In this document: positions 1-10,280 of the stretch, in pieces | Layout: the number at the start of each line of letters is the position of its first letter | Position numbering within the stretch: the first letter of the stretch is position 1 | Program-made: the position numbers and the translations under genes | Notes under the pieces: generated by a model | The model's database searches: none | What the model was told of the DNA's origin: nothing | The model's input: only the letters and a program-made list of their open reading frames with translations | Source of the DNA: Methanobacteriaceae archaeon | GTDB lineage: Archaea; Methanobacteriota; Methanobacteria; Methanobacteriales; Methanobacteriaceae | NCBI GenBank assembly: GCA_003558085.1 | Contig: PWMT01000103.1 | Location: 1 to 28,845, forward strand | DNA length: 28,845 bases | Direction of reading: 5' to 3'

Positions 1-1
1 A

Positions 2-46
2 CAAAGTAATAAGTATCCAGTGGATGAAAACCCATTGGAAGGTTAA
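2..46 (+). CDS. possible 3' end of a gene entering from outside the window (...QSNKYPVDENPLEG*)
   Basis: Open frame from base 2 to TAA at 44-46, followed by very AT-rich spacer; too short to identify. Confidence 0.35.
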   Translation, partial: QSNKYPVDENPLEG

Positions 47-192
47 TATTTAATTATAATATAATTTAAGAGCGCTAAATCTACTTAAATTGGATTAATA
101 ATTTTTTTGTATTATTACTTAATATTAATTTAATCATACCTAACATGAAAAAAATAAAAATCTAATAAAACCTTTCAAACACCTTCTAGGCA

Positions 193-861
193 TTAAAAAA
201 CATAGAAAAATGTAATCAAAACCCAAATTCCTATTAATATTATTCCTATAGGTTTTTTGAAATTTGTTGGTAGGAATGGTCTTAAGAACTGCACTCCCTT
301 AGGATTGAACATGTCTAATATACTATGACTTAAGAAACCTAAGAATATTGGTCCGAAAACAATATACAGGTTGAAAAAATCATAAGGAGGTAATGGTATT
401 AAGAAAATTCCTGAAATAGATAGGATTAAAAAAGGAATCAGAATATGCTTGTTAATAGATAAAATTCCCAGGAAAAGAACTATTAATGCCAAAATAAGTT
501 GTTGTTCCAGTCCCCATACAGTCAAGAAAAAATAGCTGGAAATGACCACTATGGTTAAAAAAATGGATAAGATGAATATTCCTAATAAAGAGTGGGTGAA
601 CCCCCTATGCTTTGATAAATAAAAAATCAAAGCCATATTCATTAACATTATTCCTAAAGTGTATGGTAGACCTATAATATAAGTTATTAAAGTCAAAGCC
701 AGTCCAGTGAAGAATAAAATAGAAATATTTTTTTTCTTTAATTCATGATCAAAATCAGGTAAAGAAGATCCTATAATAGCTAATGCGAGGGAGAAAACAT
801 TAGGGAAAAAAGGTAAGGTAAAAATCAGTGCAAAGATTGCATGTTTCTTATAAGATGCCAT
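193..861 (-). CDS. membrane-bound metal-dependent hydrolase (YdjM/LexA-binding inner-membrane family)
   Basis: Motifs N-terminal H, GSSLPDFDH, HRGFTHS, SHSILD...G in a hydrophobic protein. Confidence 0.85.
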   Translation of the reverse strand: MASYKKHAIFALIFTLPFFPNVFSLALAIIGSSLPDFDHELKKKNISILFFTGLALTLITYIIGLPYTLGIMLMNMALIFYLSKHRGFTHSLLGIFILSIFLTIVVISSYFFLTVWGLEQQLILALIVLFLGILSINKHILIPFLILSISGIFLIPLPPYDFFNLYIVFGPIFLGFLSHSILDMFNPKGVQFLRPFLPTNFKKPIGIILIGIWVLITFFYVF

Positions 862-997
862 TTAATCTCATCCTAATTATGTTGAAATATAGTTTAAGGG
901 TATATTACTTTAATTATCATTATATAAAACACTAAAATTCTACTGATTTTTATAAATATCGGTTTCAAGCATATAAAATATTATTAAAATATCTGTT

Positions 998-1744
998 TTA
1001 ACGTAAAATCTTAAAGTGTTCCAGATAAATTTTCATTTGTAGAAAAGACCTTTTAATACTACCTGGTTTAACTTCTCCATTTTGCGAAACCACTTCACAT
1101 GTTACAGCAGGTATATTTTGCAAGTTACACTCATCCTCCAGTGCGCCTTGATAAATTGTTCCTGCCTTATTGTAACATATTAATTCTGAAGTAGTCTTAG
1201 AGGTGATATATTTAGCTATATGGTAACTATTAATGCAGGGTTGTTTAGAGCAGAATACACTTTCTCTTCCTGGATTACTCTTAGGATTAGTAGAGTGAAA
1301 ATCAGCAACTCCATCTAAATTAAGTTTTTGGCTTAGTTCTAAGATAATATTGGTTATTGATCCCTGCTGAGAACAGGATCGATTGAGATCATGGCCATTA
1401 AACCATCTTACATTTTCCATAGTTGATTTTGGAGAGGTGAATGGAATTAAATAAATTTTACCAAATAATTCTACTGTTTTTAAGTATTCCAATAGATTTA
1501 AAGCAGCTATTTGTGGAGGTAGCTCGTTACCATGAACCCCTGCAACTAACATTACTTCAGGACTGCCTTTACCTATTTCGATGAGGGGGGTGCCTTTTTG
1601 AGCAGATCTAATCAACGGATCGATAGCCATAATTCCCTTAATCTTGCTCATCAGATTTTGGTTCTCCTCTACATTTCCTCCAGTCTGGGAAGATAAAACC
1701 GTGATTTTTTGCGAGGAAAAAATATCAACATTATTATATCTCAT
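998..1744 (-). CDS. succinylglutamate desuccinylase/aspartoacylase family (M14-like Zn) protein
   Basis: AGVHGNE (HxxE), DLNR, DFHS and a C-terminal catalytic E (AVTCEV). Confidence 0.85.
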   Translation of the reverse strand: MRYNNVDIFSSQKITVLSSQTGGNVEENQNLMSKIKGIMAIDPLIRSAQKGTPLIEIGKGSPEVMLVAGVHGNELPPQIAALNLLEYLKTVELFGKIYLIPFTSPKSTMENVRWFNGHDLNRSCSQQGSITNIILELSQKLNLDGVADFHSTNPKSNPGRESVFCSKQPCINSYHIAKYITSKTTSELICYNKAGTIYQGALEDECNLQNIPAVTCEVVSQNGEVKPGSIKRSFLQMKIYLEHFKILR

Positions 1745-2152
1745 TTAAACCTCATTAAGCTCAGTTAAACCTCATGAATAAGAGTAAGTCCTCTGCATGT
1801 AAAGATTTTGTTCTTAAATCACTACCAGTTGAATATTTATGAATCCTATTCTTAATTATTTGATTTTAAAGTAAACTTGATTTCTATTTTAATTATTAGC
1901 TAATAGTAATATATCACTTTTAATGGGGGGAAAAATGTGCTTCTTATACCATTTAATAAATTAATTATAAAATTTTCTATTAAGGCAGTAACACTAACTA
2001 TGATTTTTAATATTTTAATAATTTAACAAAACAGTGCACTGGTTTAATAATAATGATAATTTTATTAGTTAGATATACTAAAGAATATTTTTGGACCTGA
2101 GTAGTAATAATAATAACTTTTAAATTTAATTAGATTTTATTAGGTGATAAAA

Positions 2153-3331
2153 ATGGATAAAGTGGTTCTGGCATTCAGTGGTGGTCTTGATACCTCAGTT
2201 TGCATTAAATTACTTGAAGAAAAATACAATATGGAAGTTATAACCGCTTGTGTAGATGTAGGACAACCACAAGAAGAGATAGAACGGCCTGCTTCAGTCG
2301 CTATGGACATAGGTATGAATAAACATTATACTATTGATGCTCGAGAAGAATTTGCTTCTGATTTTATTTTTCCAGCTATAAAGGCCAATGCAGTTTACGA
2401 AGGCTATCCTTTAAGTACTGCTCTTGCAAGACCCTTAATTGCCATGAAAATAGTTGAACTAGCATATAAAGAAAATGCTGATGCTATAGCTCATGGATGT
2501 ACCGGTAAAGGTAATGATCAGTTCCGTTTTGAGGCTATAATTCGATCTTTATCAGATTGTAGAATTATCGCTCCTATTAGGGACTTGAATTTGACCAGAT
2601 CTGAGGAAGTAGATTATGCTCGTTCCTGCGGCATACCGTTACCTCCGGATAATATTTATAGTATCGATGAAAACCTTTGGGGAAGGGCAGTGGAAGGAGA
2701 TATATTAGAAGATCCTATGGTTGAGCCTCCTGAAGATGCTTTTACCTGGACCCGTTCTATTAAAGATGCGCCTGAACAAAGCCAAATCATTGAAATAGAA
2801 TTTAAAAATGGTGTTCCTATTGCTTTAAACGAAGATAAAAAGTATCCTTTTGATATAATTATTAAATGTAATGAAATAGCAGGAATGCATGGCATTGGTC
2901 GAGTGGATATAGTGGAAGATAGAATTCTAGGCCTTAAAAGTCGTGAAATATATGAAACCCCCGGGGCTTTTTTAATTATAGATGCCCATAAGGCACTGGA
3001 ACAGCTCACCTTAACAAGAAATGAACTTAAATTTGCAGAAATAGCCAGTAATAATTATTCGGAATTGGTTTATAATGGAATGTGGCATGAGCCCTTACGA
3101 TAAGGCCTGGATCAATTATTTAATCATATGCAAAGAAGGGTTACTGGCACCGTTCGCATTAAACTGCATAAAGGAAATATGAGAGTAGTGGGAAGAAAGT
3201 CTCCTTACAGTTTATACCATAAAGAAACCGTTTCTTTTGAGGATAAAACAATGGATCAGCGCGAGATGGTAGGTATGGTAAAGAATCATGCTCTACAGGC
3301 TGCCATATATCATCAAGTATGTAAAAAATAA
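2153..3331 (+). pseudogene. argG: argininosuccinate synthase interrupted by one in-frame TAA at 3101-3103
   Basis: [47 protein letters not shown]. The two ORF-track pieces are in the same frame and read [21 protein letters not shown] across the stop. Start taken at ATG 2153 after an AGGTGA RBS. Confidence 0.9.
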
Positions 3332-3368
3332 GGTTTGAACATAAAATCGATATAGGATTACATTTTCT

Positions 3369-3449
3369 GCTTAATAACCACATATAGAGAGAAAATGGAT
3401 TTTATGTCGCTTAATAACCACTTAGAGGAGAGAAAATGGATTTTATGTC
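3369..3449 (+). repeat. imperfect tandem duplication (40/41 bp) of the RBS and start region of the bofA-like gene
   Basis: gcttaataaccacatatagagagaaaatggattttatgtc (3369-3408) then gcttaataaccacttagaggagagaaaatggattttatgtc (3409-3449). Confidence 0.9.
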
Positions 3450-3705
3450 ATTTATAAATATGGTGGTAATAGGACTTTTTCTAATTCTCTTAGGACTAGT
3501 TGGCCTAAAAATATTATTCAAACTAGGTAGAACAATTCTAGGTATCGTGTTTAATATGCTGATGGGGTTTATATTCCTCTATATAGCTAATTTATTACCC
3601 TTTATCAATATCCCTATCAATATTATTACGGTGATAGTGGCTGGTTTTGGTGGTATATTAGGAGTAGGTCTCCTAGTTTTTGCTCAGGTAATAGGATTTT
3701 TTTAA
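3436..3705 (+). CDS. small membrane protein, BofA-like (pro-sigmaK processing inhibitor family)
   Basis: 89 aa, hydrophobic, with the IPINIITVIVAGFGGILGV signature; GAGGAG RBS upstream. Confidence 0.7.
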   Translation: MDFMSFINMVVIGLFLILLGLVGLKILFKLGRTILGIVFNMLMGFIFLYIANLLPFINIPINIITVIVAGFGGILGVGLLVFAQVIGFF

Positions 3706-3734
3706 TTATTAAAGAGAGGAAGCTTATAATCCCT

Positions 3735-5237
3735 TTAGATCTTCATTGCCTCATCTATAAACCAAATCATTTCAGAAGCGGTGAAATTATATCCTAATCT
3801 TTTTTCTGCTAATTCGCCAGCCCTACCATTAATAAAAGCTCCTAAGCATGCTGAATCAAATGGAGAATGACCTTGAGCTACAAGTGAAGATACTAAGCCT
3901 GCTAAACAGTCCCCAGTACCACCTACCGTCATCCCTGGACTTCCAGTTTTATTGAATCTAAATTTCTCCTGTTGGAAGATGAGATCAAAAGTACCTTTTA
4001 AAAGAACAACTCCTTTTATTTCTGGGATGATAGAATTTAAGATTCTTATCTTTTCTTCCATTTTTAGGGGTATATAAATTTTTTTGTGGAAAAAGGCATT
4101 GAATTCTGCTGAATGGGGAGTTATAATTAGGTCTTCTTTATCTTTTACTTGATCTTTTTTGACTAGTTTTAAAGCATCTGCATCCATTATCAATGGTTTA
4201 TTGATCTTTTGGACTATTAAATTAAATGCTTCCTTGGTAGTTTTATGCTGACCTGCTCCACAACCTAATAAAACGCAATCTACCTTGGATGCCATTTCAA
4301 AAATATTATCCACCATCTCCGTGTTAATAAAATCCCCCTTCAAACCTCTGACTATTAAATCAGGTGAATATGATTTTATGGGCAGTGCTGCTACCTCTGG
4401 ACAGATTACATGTACCAAATCAGCCCCTGATTTTAATGCAGATAATGCAGCTAAAGCAGGAGCTCCTGAATATTCTTTGCTTCCACCTATTACTAGAACT
4501 TGGCCATGAGCACCTTTATGAGCATAAGGATCTCTTTTTTTTATTCTAAGGAGTTCTCCTGCACCTACCATTTGTTCAACTTGTTCCGGTATTCCGATAT
4601 CGCAAACCCGTATTTCGCCACTATAAACTTGATTTAATTTTAAACCTGTTTTAGCGCGGTGAAAGGTAATTGTATAGTCTGCTTTAACTGCTATATCTTC
4701 TATTTTTCCATTCAAGGGATTTAAACCGCTAGGAACATCAACTGCTATTTTTATTCCCGGTGAATTATTAATAAATTTTATGATGGATCTTACTGGTTCT
4801 CTAAGCTTTCCTTTTATTCCGGTTCCCAAAAGCGAATCGACTAGCACGGACTTATCTTGATCAATTCTCACTTTTTCTAAGTACTGGGAGTCATTGATAA
4901 TCTTTAGCTTTAAAGAGGAATTATAATCAACTATATTATTTATTACCTGCCAATTCGATTTGCTTTCTTCGCAACTAAAGTGGCGAGGACGATCTACTAA
5001 AAGAATTTCTACCTGAAAGCCTTGATTTAAGAGATGTCGAGTCGCCACCAGCCCATCTCCTCCGTTTCCACCCATTCCCACAAAAACCTGTACTAGGGGA
5101 GTTGAAATATTTGAACTATCAGATATTTTCTTTATTTCTTGTGCCAGACAATTACCAGCATTTTCCATTAAAGATAAAAGAGGTAAACCCATATTTTCTG
5201 CATTTAGTTCAGTGATCATCATATCTAGCGGATTCAT
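3735..5237 (-). CDS. nnr: bifunctional NAD(P)H-hydrate epimerase/ADP-dependent dehydratase (YjeF)
   Basis: LMENAG, GGNGGDG, DSLLGTG, AVDVPSG (YjeF_N); HKG..G, YSGAP, DADAL, ITPH..EF, GGTGDCLAG (dehydratase domain). Confidence 0.93.
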   Translation of the reverse strand: MNPLDMMITELNAENMGLPLLSLMENAGNCLAQEIKKISDSSNISTPLVQVFVGMGGNGGDGLVATRHLLNQGFQVEILLVDRPRHFSCEESKSNWQVINNIVDYNSSLKLKIINDSQYLEKVRIDQDKSVLVDSLLGTGIKGKLREPVRSIIKFINNSPGIKIAVDVPSGLNPLNGKIEDIAVKADYTITFHRAKTGLKLNQVYSGEIRVCDIGIPEQVEQMVGAGELLRIKKRDPYAHKGAHGQVLVIGGSKEYSGAPALAALSALKSGADLVHVICPEVAALPIKSYSPDLIVRGLKGDFINTEMVDNIFEMASKVDCVLLGCGAGQHKTTKEAFNLIVQKINKPLIMDADALKLVKKDQVKDKEDLIITPHSAEFNAFFHKKIYIPLKMEEKIRILNSIIPEIKGVVLLKGTFDLIFQQEKFRFNKTGSPGMTVGGTGDCLAGLVSSLVAQGHSPFDSACLGAFINGRAGELAEKRLGYNFTASEMIWFIDEAMKI

Positions 5238-5333
5238 AGTATCACTACTTATAAATTATAGTACTAGATATTTAATTATAACTAAAACCAAAAAAAGACA
5301 GTCATTATAAAAATATATATTATATTAACTCAG

Positions 5334-7283
5334 GTGTTTTACTTGGCTCCATTGCGTATTCCCACTTTTCCTATTTCAAAAAATTTGTCTGATGTTACTT
5401 TGTCTAAGTTTTTTTATGCAATACTAGCATTGATAATATTAATAGGATATGGCTGGATCGGTTCTATATTTATCATGGAGTTGGATGTATTAAATGCCAT
5501 ATATTTCGCCATCATCACCATTTCAACTGTGGGTTACGGGGATATTAATCCCATTACCACCATTCAAAAGATTTTTTCCATAAGTCTGGCTATTGGAGGT
5601 GTGGGTTTACTTGCCTATGGGTTTAGCTTAATTTTATCGGTGATTAGTATGACCGTTGAAGAAATAACTTCTGGATCGAAAATAAGGAAATTATTAGCAT
5701 CTACAGAAAATCATTTCATTTTATGTGGTTATGGACGAGTAGGAGCAGCTGTTTTCAAAGAACTAGAAAAAAGAAATCAGAAAGCAATAATTGTGGAGAG
5801 AAACAGAAATTTAGTGGAAAAAGAATTATGGGAAGATCCTGATGTTCTGGCCATACCTGGAGATGGCACTGATGAAAGTATATTGAAGTATGCGGGAATC
5901 AAAAGAGCTAAAGGGGTGATTATCACTACCGGTGATGATGTAGATAATTTATTCATCACTCTTACTTGCCGAGAAATTCATCCTGAAGTATGGATTGTCT
6001 CCCGTGCCAGTAAAAAAGAAAATATAAAACGGCTTTTTAAATCAGGCGCCAATAGAGTTATATCCCCTGAAATAAGTGGCGGAGAAGATATTTATTTTGC
6101 AGCCGTAGAACCCACAATGATGAAAATTACTGTTAAACACGACGTGGAAAATATTAACAAAGAAGCTAATATAATTCTAAAGCATGGCTGTACTTTAGAA
6201 GATATTGAATATCATTTTCCAGAATTTAAGGAGCCTCTTTCTCGTAAAATTGGTGTATCTAAAATAGAACAGTTGAACCAATTTATGCATAGTTTAGAAC
6301 AGGATATTAGTCGTAAAAAATCCCTGGAAAGAATATATGAATCGGTGAGCGGAATTCACTCCCATTGGATTTCTGGCCCGGATAAAGAAAGCCTGGATAA
6401 AGTAAAAAATGAATTTGATAGAGAAGGCTTGCTCTTGGGAGTTAACTTAGATGATAAGGAAATTAAAAAAATGGCTAAGAAGTATGGGTTACTGGTAGAA
6501 GTAGTGTATAAACCAGAAATACTTATTGTAGAAAATCACGGTGTAGATGATATTGTCCAAGAGGCAGATATAATTATCAAAGAAGGAGGTACCTTAGAGG
6601 ATATAGAATACTATCTACCCGGATTTGGGGAACCTCTACAACGTAAGATTGAAATCTCAGATATGAAAGAAGTACATAAATTCATGAATAATCTTGAAAA
6701 AGAATCTTCCCGAAAAGAGTCTTTAGATAGAATTTATACTTTATCTGGAGGGGGAATACATTCTCACCGCATATCAGCAGCAGATACCACAATTCTATCT
6801 AGAATAGAAGAAGAACTGAAAAAAAAAGGATTCTTATTAGGGGTTAATCTATCTAAAGGAGAAATAAAGGAAATAATAGAAAGGTCTGGAAGAGTAGTGG
6901 AAATGCTAGTAAAACATGAAGTAGGAGAAGTAGACGATAAAAAAATAATTATTAAACTTGGGGGGCATATTCTTGATGCTAAACATTATTTACCTGGAGT
7001 CCGCCAAGTAGTTACTCGAAACCTCAATATTAAAACTCAAGAAGATCTAGAAAATTGTGAAAAGGAACTAGAAAAAGAAGATGCAAAACGTTCTTTAACC
7101 GCTCTTTATGAAATATCACGGCATATACATTCCCATACTGTTGCTGCACCAGAAGAAAAAAATATAAGAAAAATTGAGCAAGAATTAAAGAAAATTGGCA
7201 TATTATTGGGAGTTAATCTATCTGAAGATGAAAAATGGGATATTGTAGAAAAAGAGAATGTGAAAGAATTCTGTATAGACTAA
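5334..7283 (+). CDS. 2-TM potassium channel with RCK-N (TrkA_N) domain and three C-terminal 3H domains
   Basis: Selectivity filter TISTVGYGD; Rossmann motif [11 protein letters not shown]; three ~125-aa repeats each with KH/NH...IHSH...G.LLGVNL. True start may be TTG 5343. Confidence 0.85.
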   Translation: MFYLAPLRIPTFPISKNLSDVTLSKFFYAILALIILIGYGWIGSIFIMELDVLNAIYFAIITISTVGYGDINPITTIQKIFSISLAIGGVGLLAYGFSLILSVISMTVEEITSGSKIRKLLASTENHFILCGYGRVGAAVFKELEKRNQKAIIVERNRNLVEKELWEDPDVLAIPGDGTDESILKYAGIKRAKGVIITTGDDVDNLFITLTCREIHPEVWIVSRASKKENIKRLFKSGANRVISPEISGGEDIYFAAVEPTMMKITVKHDVENINKEANIILKHGCTLEDIEYHFPEFKEPLSRKIGVSKIEQLNQFMHSLEQDISRKKSLERIYESVSGIHSHWISGPDKESLDKVKNEFDREGLLLGVNLDDKEIKKMAKKYGLLVEVVYKPEILIVENHGVDDIVQEADIIIKEGGTLEDIEYYLPGFGEPLQRKIEISDMKEVHKFMNNLEKESSRKESLDRIYTLSGGGIHSHRISAADTTILSRIEEELKKKGFLLGVNLSKGEIKEIIERSGRVVEMLVKHEVGEVDDKKIIIKLGGHILDAKHYLPGVRQVVTRNLNIKTQEDLENCEKELEKEDAKRSLTALYEISRHIHSHTVAAPEEKNIRKIEQELKKIGILLGVNLSEDEKWDIVEKENVKEFCID

Positions 7284-7330
7284 ATATGATTAATTTTTTT
7301 AAATATAAAAAAAAGGAAAAGAAATTAATT

Positions 7331-8224
7331 TTAGAAAAGCTCCTGTAATTTTAGCTGATAGGCACCTAAGCTACCGCCGTAATTACCAGCACTTATTTTT
7401 ATTATTCCTGGTACGGTACAAGCAGCCTTTATACCTTCTTTCATGGCCTGTTTTACTACTTCCTCATTTACACCATCAATAACTATTTCATAAATACCAT
7501 TTACATCAGCTGGAACTTCACTATCATCTACTTCATCCTTGAGAGTTACACACATTTTCTCATTGGTAGAGGCATCTAAAAACTTATATTTATTAGAGCC
7601 CACTTTAGATCCGGAAGCCACCATTCCTCCTGGGAAAGGAGTTATAGTACCTTCAATAGACATTATAGCATCAACAGCTACTTCAGCAGCTATTAGAGCT
7701 GAAGCCTGACTATCTCCCATAATAAAGAAATTTCCACCTGCAACGCCTTCTTTCATACCTAATTCACTATCAATAAGGAAATCCCCCGACATGATAGGAA
7801 TGGAATTCACTTTTCGGCCAGCTACTTCCACTTCTTTTTCAAATCCATCCCCAAAAAATTTTAGTTTAAAACCTATCTTTAATTTTTCATCAGCATCATC
7901 TAGAGCATCAAAAACAGCTGTAGTGGGAGCAGTAAGTATGCCCATTCCAATTCTTTCCAATAATTCATGATCTAATTTTTTTTTGCTAGGATTGCAGATC
8001 ATAACCATATATCCTGGTCTGCCATCAGGAGTTTGCTCAGGTGAAACATAACCATCAATGCCTGCCTCTGCAGGACATCCAATAACTGATGTTCCATAAC
8101 CTGTAGCTTCAGTTGCTGCTATTTTAGCCAGTTTTTTGGTTGCTGCAGTAACTAGTATACGAGAAACTTGTATTCCAAAAGCTTCTGCAAAAGTATCTTC
8201 TATTTCCACGCCATTAATTTCCAT
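7331..8224 (-). CDS. ftr: formylmethanofuran--tetrahydromethanopterin N-formyltransferase
   Basis: [45 protein letters not shown]. Confidence 0.97.
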   Translation of the reverse strand: MEINGVEIEDTFAEAFGIQVSRILVTAATKKLAKIAATEATGYGTSVIGCPAEAGIDGYVSPEQTPDGRPGYMVMICNPSKKKLDHELLERIGMGILTAPTTAVFDALDDADEKLKIGFKLKFFGDGFEKEVEVAGRKVNSIPIMSGDFLIDSELGMKEGVAGGNFFIMGDSQASALIAAEVAVDAIMSIEGTITPFPGGMVASGSKVGSNKYKFLDASTNEKMCVTLKDEVDDSEVPADVNGIYEIVIDGVNEEVVKQAMKEGIKAACTVPGIIKISAGNYGGSLGAYQLKLQELF

Positions 8225-8577
8225 TGAATATCACCGAATCTTAAGTAGTCCATGTATTTTTATATATTTTTCTATTTGATTTTACTCTCTAAGCCCGATA
8301 AGTTGAAAAACTAAAAAAAGATTTTTAAAAATCAAATTAGAATTTTGATAAATACATGAATTTTTTAGGACTTTAAGAACCTTAAATACTTGAATTAGGA
8401 CAAATTAAATAGTATTAGTTATTAGCGAAAACTAATTAAATTATTCTAAGTAATTAACTTCATCAAAATTATGCCATGTATTTTAGTAATAAGCTAATAA
8501 TGAAATAGCGTTAGTTTTGGTTCCTTTAATTTTAAACTTTTTATCAAGTATTTTTAGTTTTAAGTAGCATAATATCG

Positions 8578-9060
8578 TTAGAATTCTATTATATCATAGC
8601 TTAAATCCTGAGGATCCAATAATACCATCGTTTTAGTATCAGTTAGATAACCACAACATTCACCAGGATTTATCATGAGAGTATTTCCTTTTTTAATCTC
8701 TAATTTATGATTATGACCCCTAATTACCACATCATAAATTTGAGATTGAATTAAAGCATCTACTAGAGAGTTTAACTTACCATGAATCACCGCGATTCTT
8801 CGATCAGCAACCTGAATATCCTTAAAATCTTCCAATAAACATAAATCAGAATAAGCTTTTTTAAGCCCTTCCCTTTCACCATCATTATTACCATAAATTG
8901 CTTCTAAGGGAGCTTTTAATTTAGAAAATTATTGAGCAGTGAAAGGAGATATCAAATCACCAGCATGAATTACCAAATCTACCTTTTTTTTGTTTAATAA
9001 ATTTACTGCTTTTTTTATCGCATCTAAATTGTCATGGGAATCAGAAAGAATACCTATCAT
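8578..9060 (-). pseudogene. YfcE/MJ0936-family metallophosphoesterase interrupted by one in-frame TAA at 8929-8931
   Basis: From ATG 9060 it reads [11 protein letters not shown]...[34 protein letters not shown] and continues in frame into the 85-aa ORF (VIHG, GHNH, INPGE); GAGGTGA RBS upstream. Confidence 0.9.
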
Positions 9061-9738
9061 GAAAATCACCTCTAATTACTATGAAATATTTCTAAACAGC
9101 TTTTAGGTGAAATTTTTGGAAGACTATGAATATATTATCTATCTTCATATTCTTATAATATTTTAAAAAAATTCTATTAAAAAATATAATTAGAACAATT
9201 TTTATACCCATAAAAAAGAGGGATATTAAATTTCTTGAAATTAGGATCTTTTATTGATTTAAAACACATCCTAATCTTTAAAATGCAAGGATCATAAATA
9301 CAATTAGAATATTAGCCTAATAAAATATTAATTGATTAAAAATGTTAATATAAGCTGTTTTAGAGATTTTACAATTTAAATAAGACTAAAAGATTTGATA
9401 TGAGCAAGGATTACAAAATTAGAATATTGAAATTAGTCTGCAGAATTTAAGCCTGGAAATTTTAATAAATTTATAACTTAAACTATATTATGGGCCCCTA
9501 GTTATATACTATTACTATTTAAAGGAAATTAATTGTTTTAGTACGTTTAAGCTAAAGATGGGCTATTTCTGACCAAGATATGTTTATAAATAATGATTAA
9601 TTAACTATTTTTTATGTACCTATTGACTAAGCTTGTTTTGATTCCAAAACAACTATTTTGAAGTTTGGTGCATACACTCTAGTTAAATATGACTTGGAAG
9701 TTTAATTTCATGTCATTTTGACTCTAGGATGTGATGAA

Positions 9739-9960
9739 TTGTTTGGAAATGACTACAATAGAATAGAAGGCCATACCACCCCCATAAAAGTGGGTGATGA
9801 GTTTGATGTAAAAATAGAAGACCTCGGCCGAGATGGCGATGGAATAGCTCGGGTAGAAGGTTTCGTAATATTTGTTCCAGGTACTGCTGTAGGGGACGAA
9901 GTAAAAATAAAAATCAATGCAACCCAGCCAAAATTTGCCTTTGCAGATAAAATTGAATAA
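9739..9960 (+). CDS. stand-alone TRAM-domain RNA-binding protein (archaeal RNA chaperone type)
   Basis: [43 protein letters not shown]...KFAFA; likely start TTG 9739, in frame with the ORF-track start 9718. Confidence 0.9.
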   Translation: MFGNDYNRIEGHTTPIKVGDEFDVKIEDLGRDGDGIARVEGFVIFVPGTAVGDEVKIKINATQPKFAFADKIE

Positions 9961-10280
9961 GAAGTAAATTAAATATTCATAAAATCATTCCAGATTTTCT
10001 TGAATTACTTATTATTTTTTTAATTAATATTTATAGTTAGCTTATCAAATTTCATTTAAACCTTAATTATTGTCCCTGTTTATTAATCAAAGTATTATAC
10101 AACATGAATTCTTTTTATTAATCATATTAAAACTTATTTTTAATTGTATATCTCCTAAATGAAATTTTACATATAAAAGAAATAATCAATTAGGGATTCA
10201 ACTTATTCCATAATATATCCTACGCTAACCTTAAAAGCCAAAATATTTAAGTACATTTGATTATCTTTTATACGGTATTA

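Noticed and set aside
3369-3449. Repeat pair as a CRISPR mini-array
   Set aside because: Two abutting copies with no spacer, containing an RBS and start codon; no cas genes in the window
3101-8931. Stop-codon reassignment or pyrrolysine/selenocysteine recoding to explain the in-frame stops
   Set aside because: Both lone stops are TAA, not TAG or TGA; TAA ends many intact genes here (ftr, gatB, trkH, trkA); no suppressor, Pyl or Sec tRNA is in the window
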